This document shows positions 29,354 to 39,538 of a stretch of DNA of 64,000 nucleotides, piece by piece. This stretch comes from Candidatus Saccharimonadota bacterium (lineage in GTDB: Bacteria > Patescibacteriota > Saccharimonadia > Saccharimonadales > VXPC01). Numbering within the stretch: position 1 is the first letter of the stretch; every line of letters starts with the position of its first letter. The DNA lies in assembly GCA_026707815.1 (NCBI GenBank), contig JAPOWB010000008.1:62230-126229 (forward strand), given 5' to 3'. The position numbers and the translations under genes are program-made. Below the pieces are notes generated by a model. It was not told the origin of the DNA. It saw only the letters and a program-made list of their open reading frames with translations, and made no database searches.

Positions 29354-30220
29354 TTACTTCTTAATATTCAATTGACGAACAATATAATTATAAGCTAAAT
29401 CAGAGGATTCAAACCATGAAATATCTGGATAACGCTTAAACCAAGTCCATTGTTTTTTTGCCAAAGCCAAATCACGTCGAATGAAGTCTGAACATGCTTC
29501 TTGAAAAGTTATCTTTTGCTCAAAATAAGGTTTGAAAGCTCTATAAATATTGCTTGTTAAAACTTCTGGCTGGACTGCTGGCATTTGCAAAACTCTTCGA
29601 ATCTCTTCCAAAACTCCCTGATTGAGCATTTCTGTTAAACGTAGTTGGATTCTCTGACTTAAAACTTCTCGATTTAAATGCAATCCAATAATTAATGTAT
29701 TGGCTCTACGATTTAGGCTGGTTTGTTGGACTTGCCCTCTTTCTAGAGTCCGAAGAAGATATCTACGATTCTGATTATTTTCAGGCATGGTCAAATTCAG
29801 TTTTTGAATTCTCTGTTGGAGTTGCGGGGTTGTGAGTTGATTTAAGGCTTGTCTATCTTGTTCGAAAACTTCCCTGCCTTCAAATTTATAGTCATTTAAA
29901 ATGCTATCCATATAAAGACCTGATCCACCGACTAAAATGGGCAATTTCGATTGACCATGAATCTGTTGAATAGCTCGAGATGCCAAGGTCTGAAATTGAT
30001 AAACATTGAATGTCTCATTCGGCTCAACAACATCAATTAAATGATGCTTAACTAATTTTTGATCAGATTTTGAAGGCTTGGCTGTACCTATATCTAAGGT
30101 TTTATAAATTGTTTTCGAATCTCCAGTAATAATTTCTGAGGGAATACTTTGAGCCACCCTTAAAGACAAAGCTGTTTTGCCAGTGGCGGTTTGACCGACA
30201 ATTGCCAATAAATCTATCAC
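29354..30220 (-). CDS. miaA: tRNA dimethylallyltransferase
   Basis: IVGQTATGKTALSL...IITGDSKTIYKTLDIGTAKPS...HHLIDVVEP...LPILVGGSGLY. Confidence 0.85.
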   Translation of the reverse strand: MIDLLAIVGQTATGKTALSLRVAQSIPSEIITGDSKTIYKTLDIGTAKPSKSDQKLVKHHLIDVVEPNETFNVYQFQTLASRAIQQIHGQSKLPILVGGSGLYMDSILNDYKFEGREVFEQDRQALNQLTTPQLQQRIQKLNLTMPENNQNRRYLLRTLERGQVQQTSLNRRANTLIIGLHLNREVLSQRIQLRLTEMLNQGVLEEIRRVLQMPAVQPEVLTSNIYRAFKPYFEQKITFQEACSDFIRRDLALAKKQWTWFKRYPDISWFESSDLAYNYIVRQLNIKK

Positions 30221-30225
30221 GTTAA

Positions 30226-30558
30226 TCAGAGACTATTCCAGAAATATACTGATATGATTAATCCAAAAATTATGAGAACTAAACCACTGAGAACAATAAA
30301 ATAAATAGAGATAGTAGCTTTTTGAGGTTCTTTTTTATTTAAAAATTCAATAAATTTAGCTCGAATTTTGAGATCATACTTCAATTCCAATTGACCCAAA
30401 AAACTAGCAGGCTTTTTAGATAGTGATCTATGAGGAATTGTTCGATTCTTCATATAAATTTCTATCCATTCCTTGGCATTAAATAACCAATGGACTAGGT
30501 AAGTCCCTATTAAAATCAATATGATAACTCCGACAACAATTAAAACTCGCCAAACCAT
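30226..30558 (-). CDS. Small membrane protein
   Basis: It is 110 aa with two hydrophobic helices. Confidence 0.3.
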   Translation of the reverse strand: MVWRVLIVVGVIILILIGTYLVHWLFNAKEWIEIYMKNRTIPHRSLSKKPASFLGQLELKYDLKIRAKFIEFLNKKEPQKATISIYFIVLSGLVLIIFGLIISVYFWNSL

Positions 30559-30645
30559 CTAAACCTCATTATAATCAAAATCTACTCTCAACCAAATAAC
30601 CAGTCATTATCCAGTATAATGGCATAGGAGTACGGAGAAATTAGA

Positions 30646-30720
30646 TGGCGCGTGGCCAAATGGTAAGGCACTTGTTTCTGGCACAAGGGATTGTAGGTTC
30701 GAATCCTACCGCGCCAGCCA
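30646..30720 (+). tRNA. tRNA-Gln (CUG)
   Basis: Acceptor TGGCGCG/CGCGCCA, anticodon stem CTTGT/ACAAG, loop TTCTGGC, T-loop TTCGAAT, and a 3' GCCA. Confidence 0.8.
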
Positions 30721-30767
30721 TATTGTAAAACGACATTTTCTCAAATTGTGACTAAATCCAAATTGCC

Positions 30768-31166
30768 TCAAGACAATCTAACAGCCCTGTCAATGAGAAG
30801 CTTTAAACCTTCTAAGTCCAAATCATCTAGAGAACTAAAATTAATGCAAGCTTTACCAATTTTAACCCGCCCTAATTTTGACTGATATCTTTCTATTAAA
30901 GATTGTTGATTTTCCCAGCCCCCAACATATAAACTGCAATATCTTTTATGATCAGCTAAACCCAAAATAAACCACTGATTTACTTTGCCACTAGATAGCC
31001 TATAAGTTGTCTGCCCCCAGCCGAGAATCTCATATCCCATAGATGACCATATTTTAATTTGCAAATCAGGATACCAAGTCGTTATCACTAAAGATAGCTG
31101 TTCAATAGTTAATTGCCAACGATTATCGACTTGTTTCAAATACTGACTAATAATTGATCTAGACAC
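30768..31166 (-). CDS. Hypothetical protein
   Basis: A 132-aa ORF downstream of thrS. Confidence 0.3.
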   Translation of the reverse strand: MSRSIISQYLKQVDNRWQLTIEQLSLVITTWYPDLQIKIWSSMGYEILGWGQTTYRLSSGKVNQWFILGLADHKRYCSLYVGGWENQQSLIERYQSKLGRVKIGKACINFSSLDDLDLEGLKLLIDRAVRLS

Positions 31167-31172
31167 AAAAAA

Positions 31173-32951
31173 TTAATTCTTATTCTCTATATCCGCTTGT
31201 ATATTCTGTAAAATCTCTGACCAATTGTATGTTGCATCAGATTTAAATTCAGATTGTCTTAAATCCTTGCGAACTTGGACTTCAAAAGCTTGACTATCTA
31301 TCTCCGCCTCCCCTAAAACTACTATGTATGGAGTATTCTCTATTTGGGCTTGTCTAATCTTTTTACCGACTGACTGAGATGACTCGTCAAGTCTTAATCT
31401 TATTCTTTGATTTAAAGCTAGACGTTTTAAGTCATGAGCATAGTCAACAATTTTTTTTGAGTGATTAACTGTAATTAATTTAATCTGGCAAGGAGCCAAC
31501 CAAACCGGCCAGCTACCTTCATAAAATTCAATTAAAAAGCCCATCAATCTTTCTATAGCTCCGATTGAGGAGCGGTGAATAACAACCACTTCTTGTGTTT
31601 CCTGCTGATCATCTATGTAATGAAGCTCAAAACGCTTGGGCATAACAAAGTCATACTGAACAGTGAAAGCTGTTTCTTCTTTGCCAGCCTGATTACGCAT
31701 TTGAATATCTATTTTCGGACCATAGAAAGCTGCTTCATTTTGAGCTTCCACAAACTGCTCACCCCGGTTTTGTAAAACTTGTCTGAGTTTTTCTTCAGCT
31801 AGATTCCACGCTTGATCATCCTTAAAATATTTCTGATTTTGATCCATTCTATCCCCCAAAGACAATCTATAAGAATAATTCTTATCCTTGATTAAGCCAA
31901 AAACTTGAGCAGCGTATTCAATCAATTGCAAGGCTTGTTCGACCTCAGCTTCTACCTGATCGACTCGGCAAAAAATGTGGGCATCAGATAATGTAAAGGT
32001 TCTAACCCTCAACAAACCACTCAGTTCCCCCGATTTTTCTCGGCGATACAGTTTAGCCAACTCAGCCAAACGAATAGGTAGTTCTCGATATGAGCGAGGT
32101 TTCTGTTTATAGATTTGAAAATGATGTGGACAAGTCATTGGTCGGAGCATGAACTTCTTATCATCAATATTTATCGGAGTGTACATATTATCCTGATAAT
32201 AGGGATAATGCCCTGATATCTGATACAAATCTAATCGGGCAATATCTGAAGTGTAAACATGGATATATCCCCTTCTAATCTCCTCGTCAATGATGAAATT
32301 CTCAATTTCTCGCCGAATAATAGCCCCATTTTCTAAAAATAGTGGCAAACCTGCGCCAATTAAATTAGAGAACATAAAGAGATTCTGATCTTTGCCGAGT
32401 TGACGATGATCTAAAGCAAATTGAGAAATTTGCTCCTCCAAATAAACTTGTAATTCCTCGGCAGAACCAAAAACAACAATCTGCAAACGCTGCAATTGAT
32501 CTTTATCGGCTTGATCTCTCCAATAAACTCCTCCCACCTTTATAATTTTGAAAAAGATTTGATCCTTGTTCTCAATAAAGGACTTAGGCACTTCCTTTAG
32601 GTCGACGACAATTTGAAAATCATTTTGCTTATATAAATATAAGACCTCTCCATCATAGTCTTTGAAGAAATCTTGGAGATAAATTTGCTGGTCTTCCTTC
32701 AAAAAGGTTAAAGCCTTGCTGGTTGTTATTTTCTCTAATTGAGGATGCTGGGGAGAAATTAATCGTTGAATTTCCCTTTCAATACGATCAAAATCTTTTT
32801 CTGAGATATTCCCTTTGCCAATGTCAACATCACAAGTCAACCCTTGAGCTGTAATTTTTGTTAAGCCAAACTTAACCTGAGGCCATAATCGCCAAAGTGC
32901 CTGCAATGATAGATATGCCAAGTGTTGATGAATTGAGCTGGATATTTTCAT
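31173..32951 (-). CDS. thrS: Threonyl-tRNA synthetase
   Basis: It has class II aaRS motifs (YRREKSGELSGLLRVRTFTLSDAHIF) and a C-terminal anticodon-binding domain; it is 592 aa. Confidence 0.85.
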   Translation of the reverse strand: MKISSSIHQHLAYLSLQALWRLWPQVKFGLTKITAQGLTCDVDIGKGNISEKDFDRIEREIQRLISPQHPQLEKITTSKALTFLKEDQQIYLQDFFKDYDGEVLYLYKQNDFQIVVDLKEVPKSFIENKDQIFFKIIKVGGVYWRDQADKDQLQRLQIVVFGSAEELQVYLEEQISQFALDHRQLGKDQNLFMFSNLIGAGLPLFLENGAIIRREIENFIIDEEIRRGYIHVYTSDIARLDLYQISGHYPYYQDNMYTPINIDDKKFMLRPMTCPHHFQIYKQKPRSYRELPIRLAELAKLYRREKSGELSGLLRVRTFTLSDAHIFCRVDQVEAEVEQALQLIEYAAQVFGLIKDKNYSYRLSLGDRMDQNQKYFKDDQAWNLAEEKLRQVLQNRGEQFVEAQNEAAFYGPKIDIQMRNQAGKEETAFTVQYDFVMPKRFELHYIDDQQETQEVVVIHRSSIGAIERLMGFLIEFYEGSWPVWLAPCQIKLITVNHSKKIVDYAHDLKRLALNQRIRLRLDESSQSVGKKIRQAQIENTPYIVVLGEAEIDSQAFEVQVRKDLRQSEFKSDATYNWSEILQNIQADIENKN

Positions 32952-33247
32952 TTATCAATATCTTATGTTGTTCGGCATCTAGCAACAAGTCTGATTTATG
33001 GATTGTTTATAATTTTCAAAAAAATAAAAAAACCGATTATCTAATCTCGCCTTTAGACAATCGAATTCTTTCGTTTTAAGAGACTCAAAAACTGGTCTCA
33101 AAACTTCACTTTTTACATATTACATTATCTAGCACTTTTTTGCTAGTACTTTTTGACTATTACAAAAATTGCATCTGTTCATCTTTGAATATATATCATA
33201 AAAGATATATGCAATATTCTGTCTATGACATAAAAAGTATAAATACT

Positions 33248-33324
33248 TGGTGGGTTCTAGAGGATTTGAACCTCTGACCTCTACAACGTCAATGTAGCGC
33301 TCTAGCCAACTGAGCTAAGAACCC
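33248..33324 (-). tRNA. tRNA-Val (GAC)
   Basis: The minus strand reads GGGTTCTTAGCTCAGTTGGCTAGAGCGCTACATTGACGTTGTAGAGGTCAGAGGTTCAAATCCTCTAGAACCCACCA. Confidence 0.85.
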
Positions 33325-33650
33325 AATTCCAATATTCGATTCTAAATTCTAGCAACTTCTATCATATCTGGCAATTATCTAATATGGATAAATAATATTT
33401 TTATGTTATAATATATTGTGGATTTTGATCCACGTACTTAAACAATAAGGAGATATATCTGAAGATGTATTTATTACAGGATTTCAAATCTTTTTATGAA
33501 GATTTAGAACTCAAATCAGTCAGTAATCCATAGAAATAAATGAGATAATTCGACAAAGTCCTTCCATTGCGAGGGACTTTTTAGATTTTTTACACGTATT
33601 GAAATCATTTTCCACATGACTTTTTATCCGAATAATGTCAATATATAGCT

Positions 33651-34055
33651 ATGGTATGTGTTTATTGCAAACAACCCACTAAGGTTACCAATACTAGACC
33701 TCGTCGCACTGGTTGGTCAATTTGGAGACGACGTTGGTGTCAAAAATGTCAACTGTCTTTTACTACCTTAGAAAACATGTCTGTCGCATCAGCAATCGCC
33801 ATAAAAAGCCCTCAGGGGCATTTGCAGCCTGCAAATTACTCGCAAATATTTATCAGCCTTTATAAGGCTCTAGGAAACACCCAGAAAGATATTGAAGAGG
33901 CGGAATACCTTACCTTAAATGTTATTGATAAATTATTCAAGCAGCAACAAGCTATCCTGACAACAAGCTTTGTTAAACAGCAAATTTTTGAAACCTTGAA
34001 TTCATATCAAACTAAAGCTGGACAACGCTATCTTTTAGAAGAAATGGATGATTAA
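33651..34055 (+). CDS. nrdR: Transcriptional repressor NrdR (zinc ribbon + ATP-cone)
   Basis: It has an N-terminal CxxC...RRRWCQKC zinc ribbon followed by an ATP-cone-like region. Confidence 0.6.
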   Translation: MVCVYCKQPTKVTNTRPRRTGWSIWRRRWCQKCQLSFTTLENMSVASAIAIKSPQGHLQPANYSQIFISLYKALGNTQKDIEEAEYLTLNVIDKLFKQQQAILTTSFVKQQIFETLNSYQTKAGQRYLLEEMDD

Positions 34056-34492
34056 ATTCTTAGCAAGGTTTCAATAATTAATAAATTGGCGCTTAAAATC
34101 ACTATTCCAAAGAATAAACTGAGATAACTTCCCAAACGATAAGAATTATATATTCTGTAAGCAATAATAAAGCTAGATAATAAACATATAATAGAGAGAG
34201 TTACTAAAGTATATAAATAATTGGCATCACCGGTATGATATTGAGATTGTCCCTCTATAATTAGATGCTGAGTTACTACATTAGTCCGATCTAAATCAAC
34301 CCTTAAAATAACTGATAAAATCGTAGATACTGTTAATGCTAAAGATGCTAGGATTACCCATAGAATCAATTTATCTCTCAAAAAGTCTCTCATTATAACT
34401 AATTTAGATTTATTATAACTTGCAAAGACAACATGGAGATTAGAAGTATTACATTCTAGGTTAATTTTTGGTAAACTGTCATAGTCATTCAA
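34052..34492 (-). CDS. Membrane protein
   Basis: It is 146 aa with several TM helices. Confidence 0.3.
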   Translation of the reverse strand: MNDYDSLPKINLECNTSNLHVVFASYNKSKLVIMRDFLRDKLILWVILASLALTVSTILSVILRVDLDRTNVVTQHLIIEGQSQYHTGDANYLYTLVTLSIICLLSSFIIAYRIYNSYRLGSYLSLFFGIVILSANLLIIETLLRI

Positions 34493-34503
34493 ATTTTAAA
34501 AAT

Positions 34504-34581
34504 GGACTCGTGGTGTAGCCTGGTTAACACACTTCCTTGTCACGGAAGAGAGCGCCGGTTCAAATCCGGTCGGGTCCGCCA
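34504..34581 (+). tRNA. tRNA-Asp (GUC)
   Basis: GGACTCGTGGTGTAGCCTGGTTAACACACTTCCTTGTCACGGAAGAGAGCGCCGGTTCAAATCCGGTCGGGTCCGCCA. Confidence 0.8.
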
Positions 34582-34665
34582 GAGCGAATGTTGTGAAACT
34601 TGCCTTTATTTTTTAACTGTTTCACTTCTGTTAATCCTGAGTTTAAACTGGTTCCACCAATACTT

Positions 34666-35199
34666 TTAAAAACTCCATTTTCTAGTCTTAAACATTCCCA
34701 ACAAATCCATACAGCTTACGCCTAAATCTTTGCAGATATCAGGAATATTTGGTTTATCAGCATTATTACTTGTTTTTTCAGAGGTAATTAAAGCCCAATT
34801 ATGATGAACAGCTAAAGCAATTAGATGTATATCTGCATCATAACCCCTTGTTGATTGAAATTTAACTACATTATCATAAGAGCTAGTAATCTGATTGATA
34901 ATGCCTTCTAATTGAATATTAAACTCTAAAAATATTTGTGAATATTTTTGTGACCAAAGAATTGGTAAATTATATTCACGAGGATAATCTCTTTCAGTTT
35001 TATTTAACCATTCTTTGGGCTTCTTTTTAAAATCAATTCCCAATTCTCCCAAAACTTCTACTGATGAAATTATAAAACCACTTTTAACTAATTCACTGAC
35101 TTGACTGTGAAGATTGGGGAATACCAACTCTGGATATAAACGTCTTGTCAAATCAAGAATAGCATTGGTATCTAGTACGTACCCTTGCCCTTTATTCAT
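34666..35199 (-). CDS. PIN-domain protein (DUF4411-like)
   Basis: It has an N-terminal YVLDTNAILDL acidic PIN motif and is 177 aa. Confidence 0.45.
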   Translation of the reverse strand: MNKGQGYVLDTNAILDLTRRLYPELVFPNLHSQVSELVKSGFIISSVEVLGELGIDFKKKPKEWLNKTERDYPREYNLPILWSQKYSQIFLEFNIQLEGIINQITSSYDNVVKFQSTRGYDADIHLIALAVHHNWALITSEKTSNNADKPNIPDICKDLGVSCMDLLGMFKTRKWSF

Positions 35200-36332
35200 A
35201 ATCTGCTCATCTGCCTCTCACCTATAAAATCAATATAACTGGCTTTGATATTTAAATAATGAGCTGCTTCACTTTGAGTCATATCTTCACTAGTTAACTG
35301 GTTAAAAATTCTTTGAGTAACCTTATGTCCATTCTCTCTCCAAGCTTTCCTAATAGGGTCAGCTTGGCGACCAAAGCTCTTCTGATTCTTATATTCTTCT
35401 TGCCATACTTCGCTTTTCTTTTCGTATTCTTTCCAAGTTGCTAAGCCTTGTTCAATCATCTTAATTAAAATAACTTCTCGACTAGTTTTAAATTGATTAG
35501 CAATTCTGCGTAAATTAGCATCCTCTGTACTATCATCTTCTATAAGAGCTTGTTTTAATTCGGTTGGAGTTATTAAAAAATTAGAAGCAAATTGATTACA
35601 CTGAGCCTCTATAGATCCCAGCCCAGATGTCAATGGTTGACAAAGACCAGTCTGCCTCTTAATAACATGAAATAATTCATGCAAGAGTGTGAATATTTGA
35701 CTCGATTTAGCGTCAGCACTAGCAACTGCTATTACAGGCAGTTGACCGATTAAGCTAAACCCCCTTAAATCATTTCTATCAAGACTTAAAGCTAAAGTAA
35801 TAACACCAAGCGATTCTATCTTCGTTCTTAACTGGGTAAATAAGTCATCAGGGTTAATTCTATCTTGAGGAGAATACTTAAACATATTTCGCATAGTCTG
35901 AGCAACTTCAATGGGTTTAAGATTGCTCAAATGTTGCAATTGAAACTGTTGCTCATCACTAAAAGATAACATCAAATCCTGAATTAGATAACCTCTACGA
36001 ATAGCCAAAATTGATTTCACACTTAACGAAGAATCAATCTTATTACGATAATCAATGGGCAACTCTTTGCCATCTGGTTGACGTTTAAGATAGAAAACCA
36101 TTAAGGGAATCTTAAGAGTTTTAGAAAGTCTGCGAACTTGAATAAGAGTTGGCTTAGTAATGCCTTCTTCTATTTTGATATAATTTTCAACCTTTTTAAT
36201 GCCCATCTTTTTGGCAATATCAACATCACTAAGTTGAAATTCCTTTTTCAACCATTTAAAAATTTGGGGATTTATAGTTAATCTTTGCTGGCTCATTTTT
36301 ACATTCTTAATTTTTATTAATGTGTATAACAA
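35196..36332 (-). CDS. XRE-HTH + ImmA/IrrE-family metallopeptidase
   Basis: It has an N-terminal HTH (DVDIAKKMGIKKVENYIKIEEG) and a LLHELFHVI HEXXH motif. Confidence 0.6.
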   Translation of the reverse strand: MLYTLIKIKNVKMSQQRLTINPQIFKWLKKEFQLSDVDIAKKMGIKKVENYIKIEEGITKPTLIQVRRLSKTLKIPLMVFYLKRQPDGKELPIDYRNKIDSSLSVKSILAIRRGYLIQDLMLSFSDEQQFQLQHLSNLKPIEVAQTMRNMFKYSPQDRINPDDLFTQLRTKIESLGVITLALSLDRNDLRGFSLIGQLPVIAVASADAKSSQIFTLLHELFHVIKRQTGLCQPLTSGLGSIEAQCNQFASNFLITPTELKQALIEDDSTEDANLRRIANQFKTSREVILIKMIEQGLATWKEYEKKSEVWQEEYKNQKSFGRQADPIRKAWRENGHKVTQRIFNQLTSEDMTQSEAAHYLNIKASYIDFIGERQMSRL

Positions 36333-36334
36333 TA

Positions 36335-36559
36335 TTATTCAATATCGTCATTTTCCTCTGTAATCTTTTGATTTTCTAACAAAGATTTGTAAAACTCTTC
36401 GGCTAATCTAGGATCTTTTTTAGCCAAGGTCTTGGCAAATTCTTGAAAGATTTCTAAAAGTTGTAAAACATATTCTCTAGTAGCATTTTGAGGATCATTT
36501 TTATCTAAATGTTCAAGAATTATTTGTATATCTTCTTCTCTAAATTTATATTTATTCAT
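36335..36559 (-). CDS. Small hypothetical protein
   Basis: A 74-aa ORF with 4-bp spacing to the downstream gene. Confidence 0.3.
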   Translation of the reverse strand: MNKYKFREEDIQIILEHLDKNDPQNATREYVLQLLEIFQEFAKTLAKKDPRLAEEFYKSLLENQKITEENDDIE

Positions 36560-36703
36560 TACTTTTAATTCTTTAACTTTTAGAATACCACTTATTGGTT
36601 AATTGATAAACTGCTACATAAATCACAAATTAGTTGCTCATTTAGAGTGATAATTTAAATTCCTCTATTGCTTCACTAATGACCAACAAATCACTATAAA
36701 GGT

Positions 36704-36731
36704 GTTCGAACTGCTTTTGGTTGAACCCGCC
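36704..36731. repeat. 28-bp imperfect direct repeat, copy A (24/28 match to 38219-38246)
   Basis: GTTCGAACTGCTTTTGGTTGAACCCGCC versus GTGCGAACTGTTTTTGGTCGAATCCGCC. On the minus strand both encode start-less C-terminal fragments ...SGGF(N/D)QKQF... Confidence 0.5.
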
Positions 36732-36827
36732 AGAACGAGTAGTTCGCACCGCTTTCTTGTTGCTTAATAATTTATCCCCTGAGCTATTGATAGTAAATAA
36801 TTAGTAAACGTTTCAGATTGCATAAGC

Positions 36828-37184
36828 TTATTTGTAGGTCTGCCAGCGACGTTTGTCCTCGGTTGGTTTTTTGCCCTTGCTGTATATTTCGATCAGGGTT
36901 AAGTCTCGGTCGTTAGCCAAATAGATGACCCGCAAACTTTTATCTCTTAAGTCAGTCGAATATAGCCGGGCTTTGATGATTCGCGCCTTATCCCTGAGTG
37001 AGCCGTGGAGAATGGTGGCATTTTTGCTACTAAAGAAATTACGACGATAGTCATCGGGCTGATTAGGGTCATTGGCAACCTGATGGGTTTGGATAAATGT
37101 CTTCAAATCTGAGGCAAGGTGCTTGTGTTTTTTATCAAGTGCCTTGATTTCTTTTTTACATTGGTCATCAACGTTATAACTCAT
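36828..37184 (-). CDS. RelE/ParE/HigB-like toxin (tentative)
   Basis: It is 118 aa with ...LRVIYLANDRDLTLIEIYSKGKK at the C-terminus. It overlaps by 11 nt the downstream-strand partner, which encodes an HTH-Panacea protein. Confidence 0.35.
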   Translation of the reverse strand: MSYNVDDQCKKEIKALDKKHKHLASDLKTFIQTHQVANDPNQPDDYRRNFFSSKNATILHGSLRDKARIIKARLYSTDLRDKSLRVIYLANDRDLTLIEIYSKGKKPTEDKRRWQTYK

Positions 37185-38025
37185 CTTCGGGTGGCATTAC
37201 GGAGGTCAAGTCAGTCCGGTACTTACTCAACTGGTAATCAATCCGTTGACCAGGCTTGGTCACCACCCATGGGGTGTCCCAATGAGCGTAGTCGCTAATC
37301 TGGCTGGCGGTCTTGTGGCTCAAGCGATCTAGAACTTCGTCAATGTGAACCAGTTCCTGACCGGTTAGGCTGGTCAAATCTGGGTCGGCATTAGCCAGAT
37401 ATTTGATCTGGGGTTTGTCGTGAAATTTAGTTTTGACAATCTGAAGCTTCCCAGCGTCAATCAGGGACGCAGTCAGTTGATTGAAGGTTGATCCAGGGGT
37501 CGGACCAAAATGATTGTGATAGTAGCTCAGTCCCGTAATCGGTCGGTCGTGCTTCTCGTAGAAATCAAAATCAATGAAGTAGAGGATTTTGTAGATTACT
37601 GTCTGACCGATATTAGGCTGGGATCCGACTTTACCCAAGACATAGAGTAAGACGGCTTCAAGTTTGTCAAGGCTGACTTTGGTTGCTAGCTTATGATTTT
37701 TCTGATTGATTTTTTCAGCAAGCTCGACAGCCTCCTTCGGTGGCTTATTGCCGTCAACAGCTTTGCTACCGATCATGTAGTCAATACCGACATCTAAGCA
37801 CTTGGCTAGTTGATTAATCTGATCTAGGGTGGGAGACTTAAGTCCCCGTTCAAGCTTGATATAGGTAGTCCTAGTTATTCCTATTTGGTTGGCCAGCTCC
37901 TTCTGAGTGTAACCGACCTGATGGCGAAACTTTGCCAAGTTGTCGCTAAAAGTACCCATGATTACTTCTTCCTTTGATTTATCTTTATTTCTGCGATTAT
38001 AATTCAAGTACACCTTTTTAGTCAA
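37174..38025 (-). CDS. XRE-HTH + Panacea (DUF4065) domain protein, a putative antitoxin
   Basis: It has an N-terminal HTH (QKELANQIGITRTTYIKLERG) and a C-terminal KILYFIDFDFYEKHDRPITGLSYYHNHFGPTP Panacea pattern. Confidence 0.6.
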   Translation of the reverse strand: MTKKVYLNYNRRNKDKSKEEVIMGTFSDNLAKFRHQVGYTQKELANQIGITRTTYIKLERGLKSPTLDQINQLAKCLDVGIDYMIGSKAVDGNKPPKEAVELAEKINQKNHKLATKVSLDKLEAVLLYVLGKVGSQPNIGQTVIYKILYFIDFDFYEKHDRPITGLSYYHNHFGPTPGSTFNQLTASLIDAGKLQIVKTKFHDKPQIKYLANADPDLTSLTGQELVHIDEVLDRLSHKTASQISDYAHWDTPWVVTKPGQRIDYQLSKYRTDLTSVMPPEDEL

Positions 38026-38218
38026 CTATGAGTATAATATCATTGACAATAATCTGCTTGGGGGATATATTTTGCTCTTTGAGTGTATGAATGACCTAAC
38101 AATGTAACTAGTTGTCGGTTTATCTTCTACATATGTCGCAGATTAGCCGGTCACTGAACTTCATTATTGAAATCTCGCCGGTCTTTTTCGAGAATCATCG
38201 CGGAGTTAATCAGTAGCA

Positions 38219-38246
38219 GTGCGAACTGTTTTTGGTCGAATCCGCC
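38219..38246. repeat. 28-bp imperfect direct repeat, copy B
   Basis: See copy A. Together they flank the two-gene toxin-antitoxin-like operon. Confidence 0.5.
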
Positions 38247-38555
38247 TGATTGAATACTATTTCTTAAATAGTGATTTCTGTTTTAGTCACAGAAAATTCT
38301 CGTCGGTGCGAGAATCAAATCTATTATTATCCCAAATATAGCTCATAAGCATATTCACACTTTTGTGCCTACTAATTTCCATAATTTATCTAATCTAGCT
38401 CCATGAATGGTTGCACTGGTCATAAATTCTAATTTTATCCAGAGATAATTTAAAGCCTGTACTAATTCTCTCATCGCCAAACATACTGCTTATCAAGTTA
38501 ACCTTGCAAATTATTAAAACACCAAATATCTCCATATCTTTAAAAAAGGAAAATA

Positions 38556-38582
38556 GGGAGAGGGGCTGTTACCCCTCTCCCC
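38556..38582 (-). terminator. Rho-independent terminator of the Calx-beta gene
   Basis: GGGAGAGGGG-CTGTTA-CCCCTCTCCC is a perfect 10-bp GC stem, followed on the minus strand by a T-rich run. Confidence 0.6.
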
Positions 38583-38604
38583 TTGTATCACCCCCTAGAT
38601 GATC

Positions 38605-39435
38605 TTAACTGTCGTGGATATCCACTCCAACAGAATGGCTTCCCATCAAGCGAACACCGTCTGGAAACTCGTATCTAACAAAGACTACTCCAAAGTGTTC
38701 CACTCCCTCGGTGAGATTGTCAGCCGCAATATGAATGACAACCTCGGCAGAGGTGCTATTAGCAGGAATATGTACCTGCTTGAAACCGCTGTCATAGTCT
38801 ACCCCATAGCCGGTGGCAGTAGAGCCGGTGGCAAGCACCCACATGTCGAACGAACGACCATTAGGAACAATCTCAATTGGTATATGGAGATCTACTCCCT
38901 CGTAGGTGTCTATATCAACAACTCCCCAAGAGACAATGGCTTGACTCTTGATAGTAGCTAGTCCAGTCGAATGACCCCCCAATCCTGCCAAGGAAGGATG
39001 ATAAGCCCGAAGTCCGAAAACTTCATTAGACTCAACTTCCTCATCAGACAAGATGCGAACGGTAACTTGAATTGAAGGAGCAGAAGTAGTCAGAATGACT
39101 GTTCCTGACGCCGACTGATAGTCAACTCCTGCCTCAGCTGAAACATCAACTGTCTCCCATTCAACCATCACTTCCAAGTCTTGTTGAGGAACTGGAATGG
39201 CTTCAATGGTGAAAACAGCAGTCGAACCTTCCCAAACCTCTACGTCGGAAACATAGATTTCAGGTATGCTCGGCAGTTGAGCAGATGAGCCTCCAACAGC
39301 ATACCACTCATCTGAGTGATAACTACCACCTGACCCATACTCATCAAACTGAGCTGAAGCTGGCATGACAGTCAAACTGAATAGGATGACTGCTCCTAGG
39401 CTTGCTATGAGCAAGCTTTTAATTTTTGGCAACAT
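38605..39435 (-). CDS. Secreted protein with two Calx-beta domains
   Basis: It has a signal peptide (MLPKIKSLLIASLGAVILFSLTVMPASA). Two stretches follow the Calx-beta pattern: VSAEAGVDYQSASGTVILTT...VRILSDEEVESNEVFGL and ATGYGVDYDSGFKQVHIP.... Confidence 0.55.
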   Translation of the reverse strand: MLPKIKSLLIASLGAVILFSLTVMPASAQFDEYGSGGSYHSDEWYAVGGSSAQLPSIPEIYVSDVEVWEGSTAVFTIEAIPVPQQDLEVMVEWETVDVSAEAGVDYQSASGTVILTTSAPSIQVTVRILSDEEVESNEVFGLRAYHPSLAGLGGHSTGLATIKSQAIVSWGVVDIDTYEGVDLHIPIEIVPNGRSFDMWVLATGSTATGYGVDYDSGFKQVHIPANSTSAEVVIHIAADNLTEGVEHFGVVFVRYEFPDGVRLMGSHSVGVDIHDS

Positions 39436-39538
39436 AATTGATTACTCCTTTCTGCTGCCGGGGTTTGTACAAAAAATGTCTGTTTTTTAGCAGACCACCT
39501 TAATGTACAAAACTTCTGCAAAAAATAAAAGAATTTAG

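Noticed and set aside
32952-33247. A T-box leader upstream of thrS
   Set aside because: The 295-nt leader lacks the conserved T-box element (AGGGUGGNACCGCG); there is no CCACC on the plus strand.
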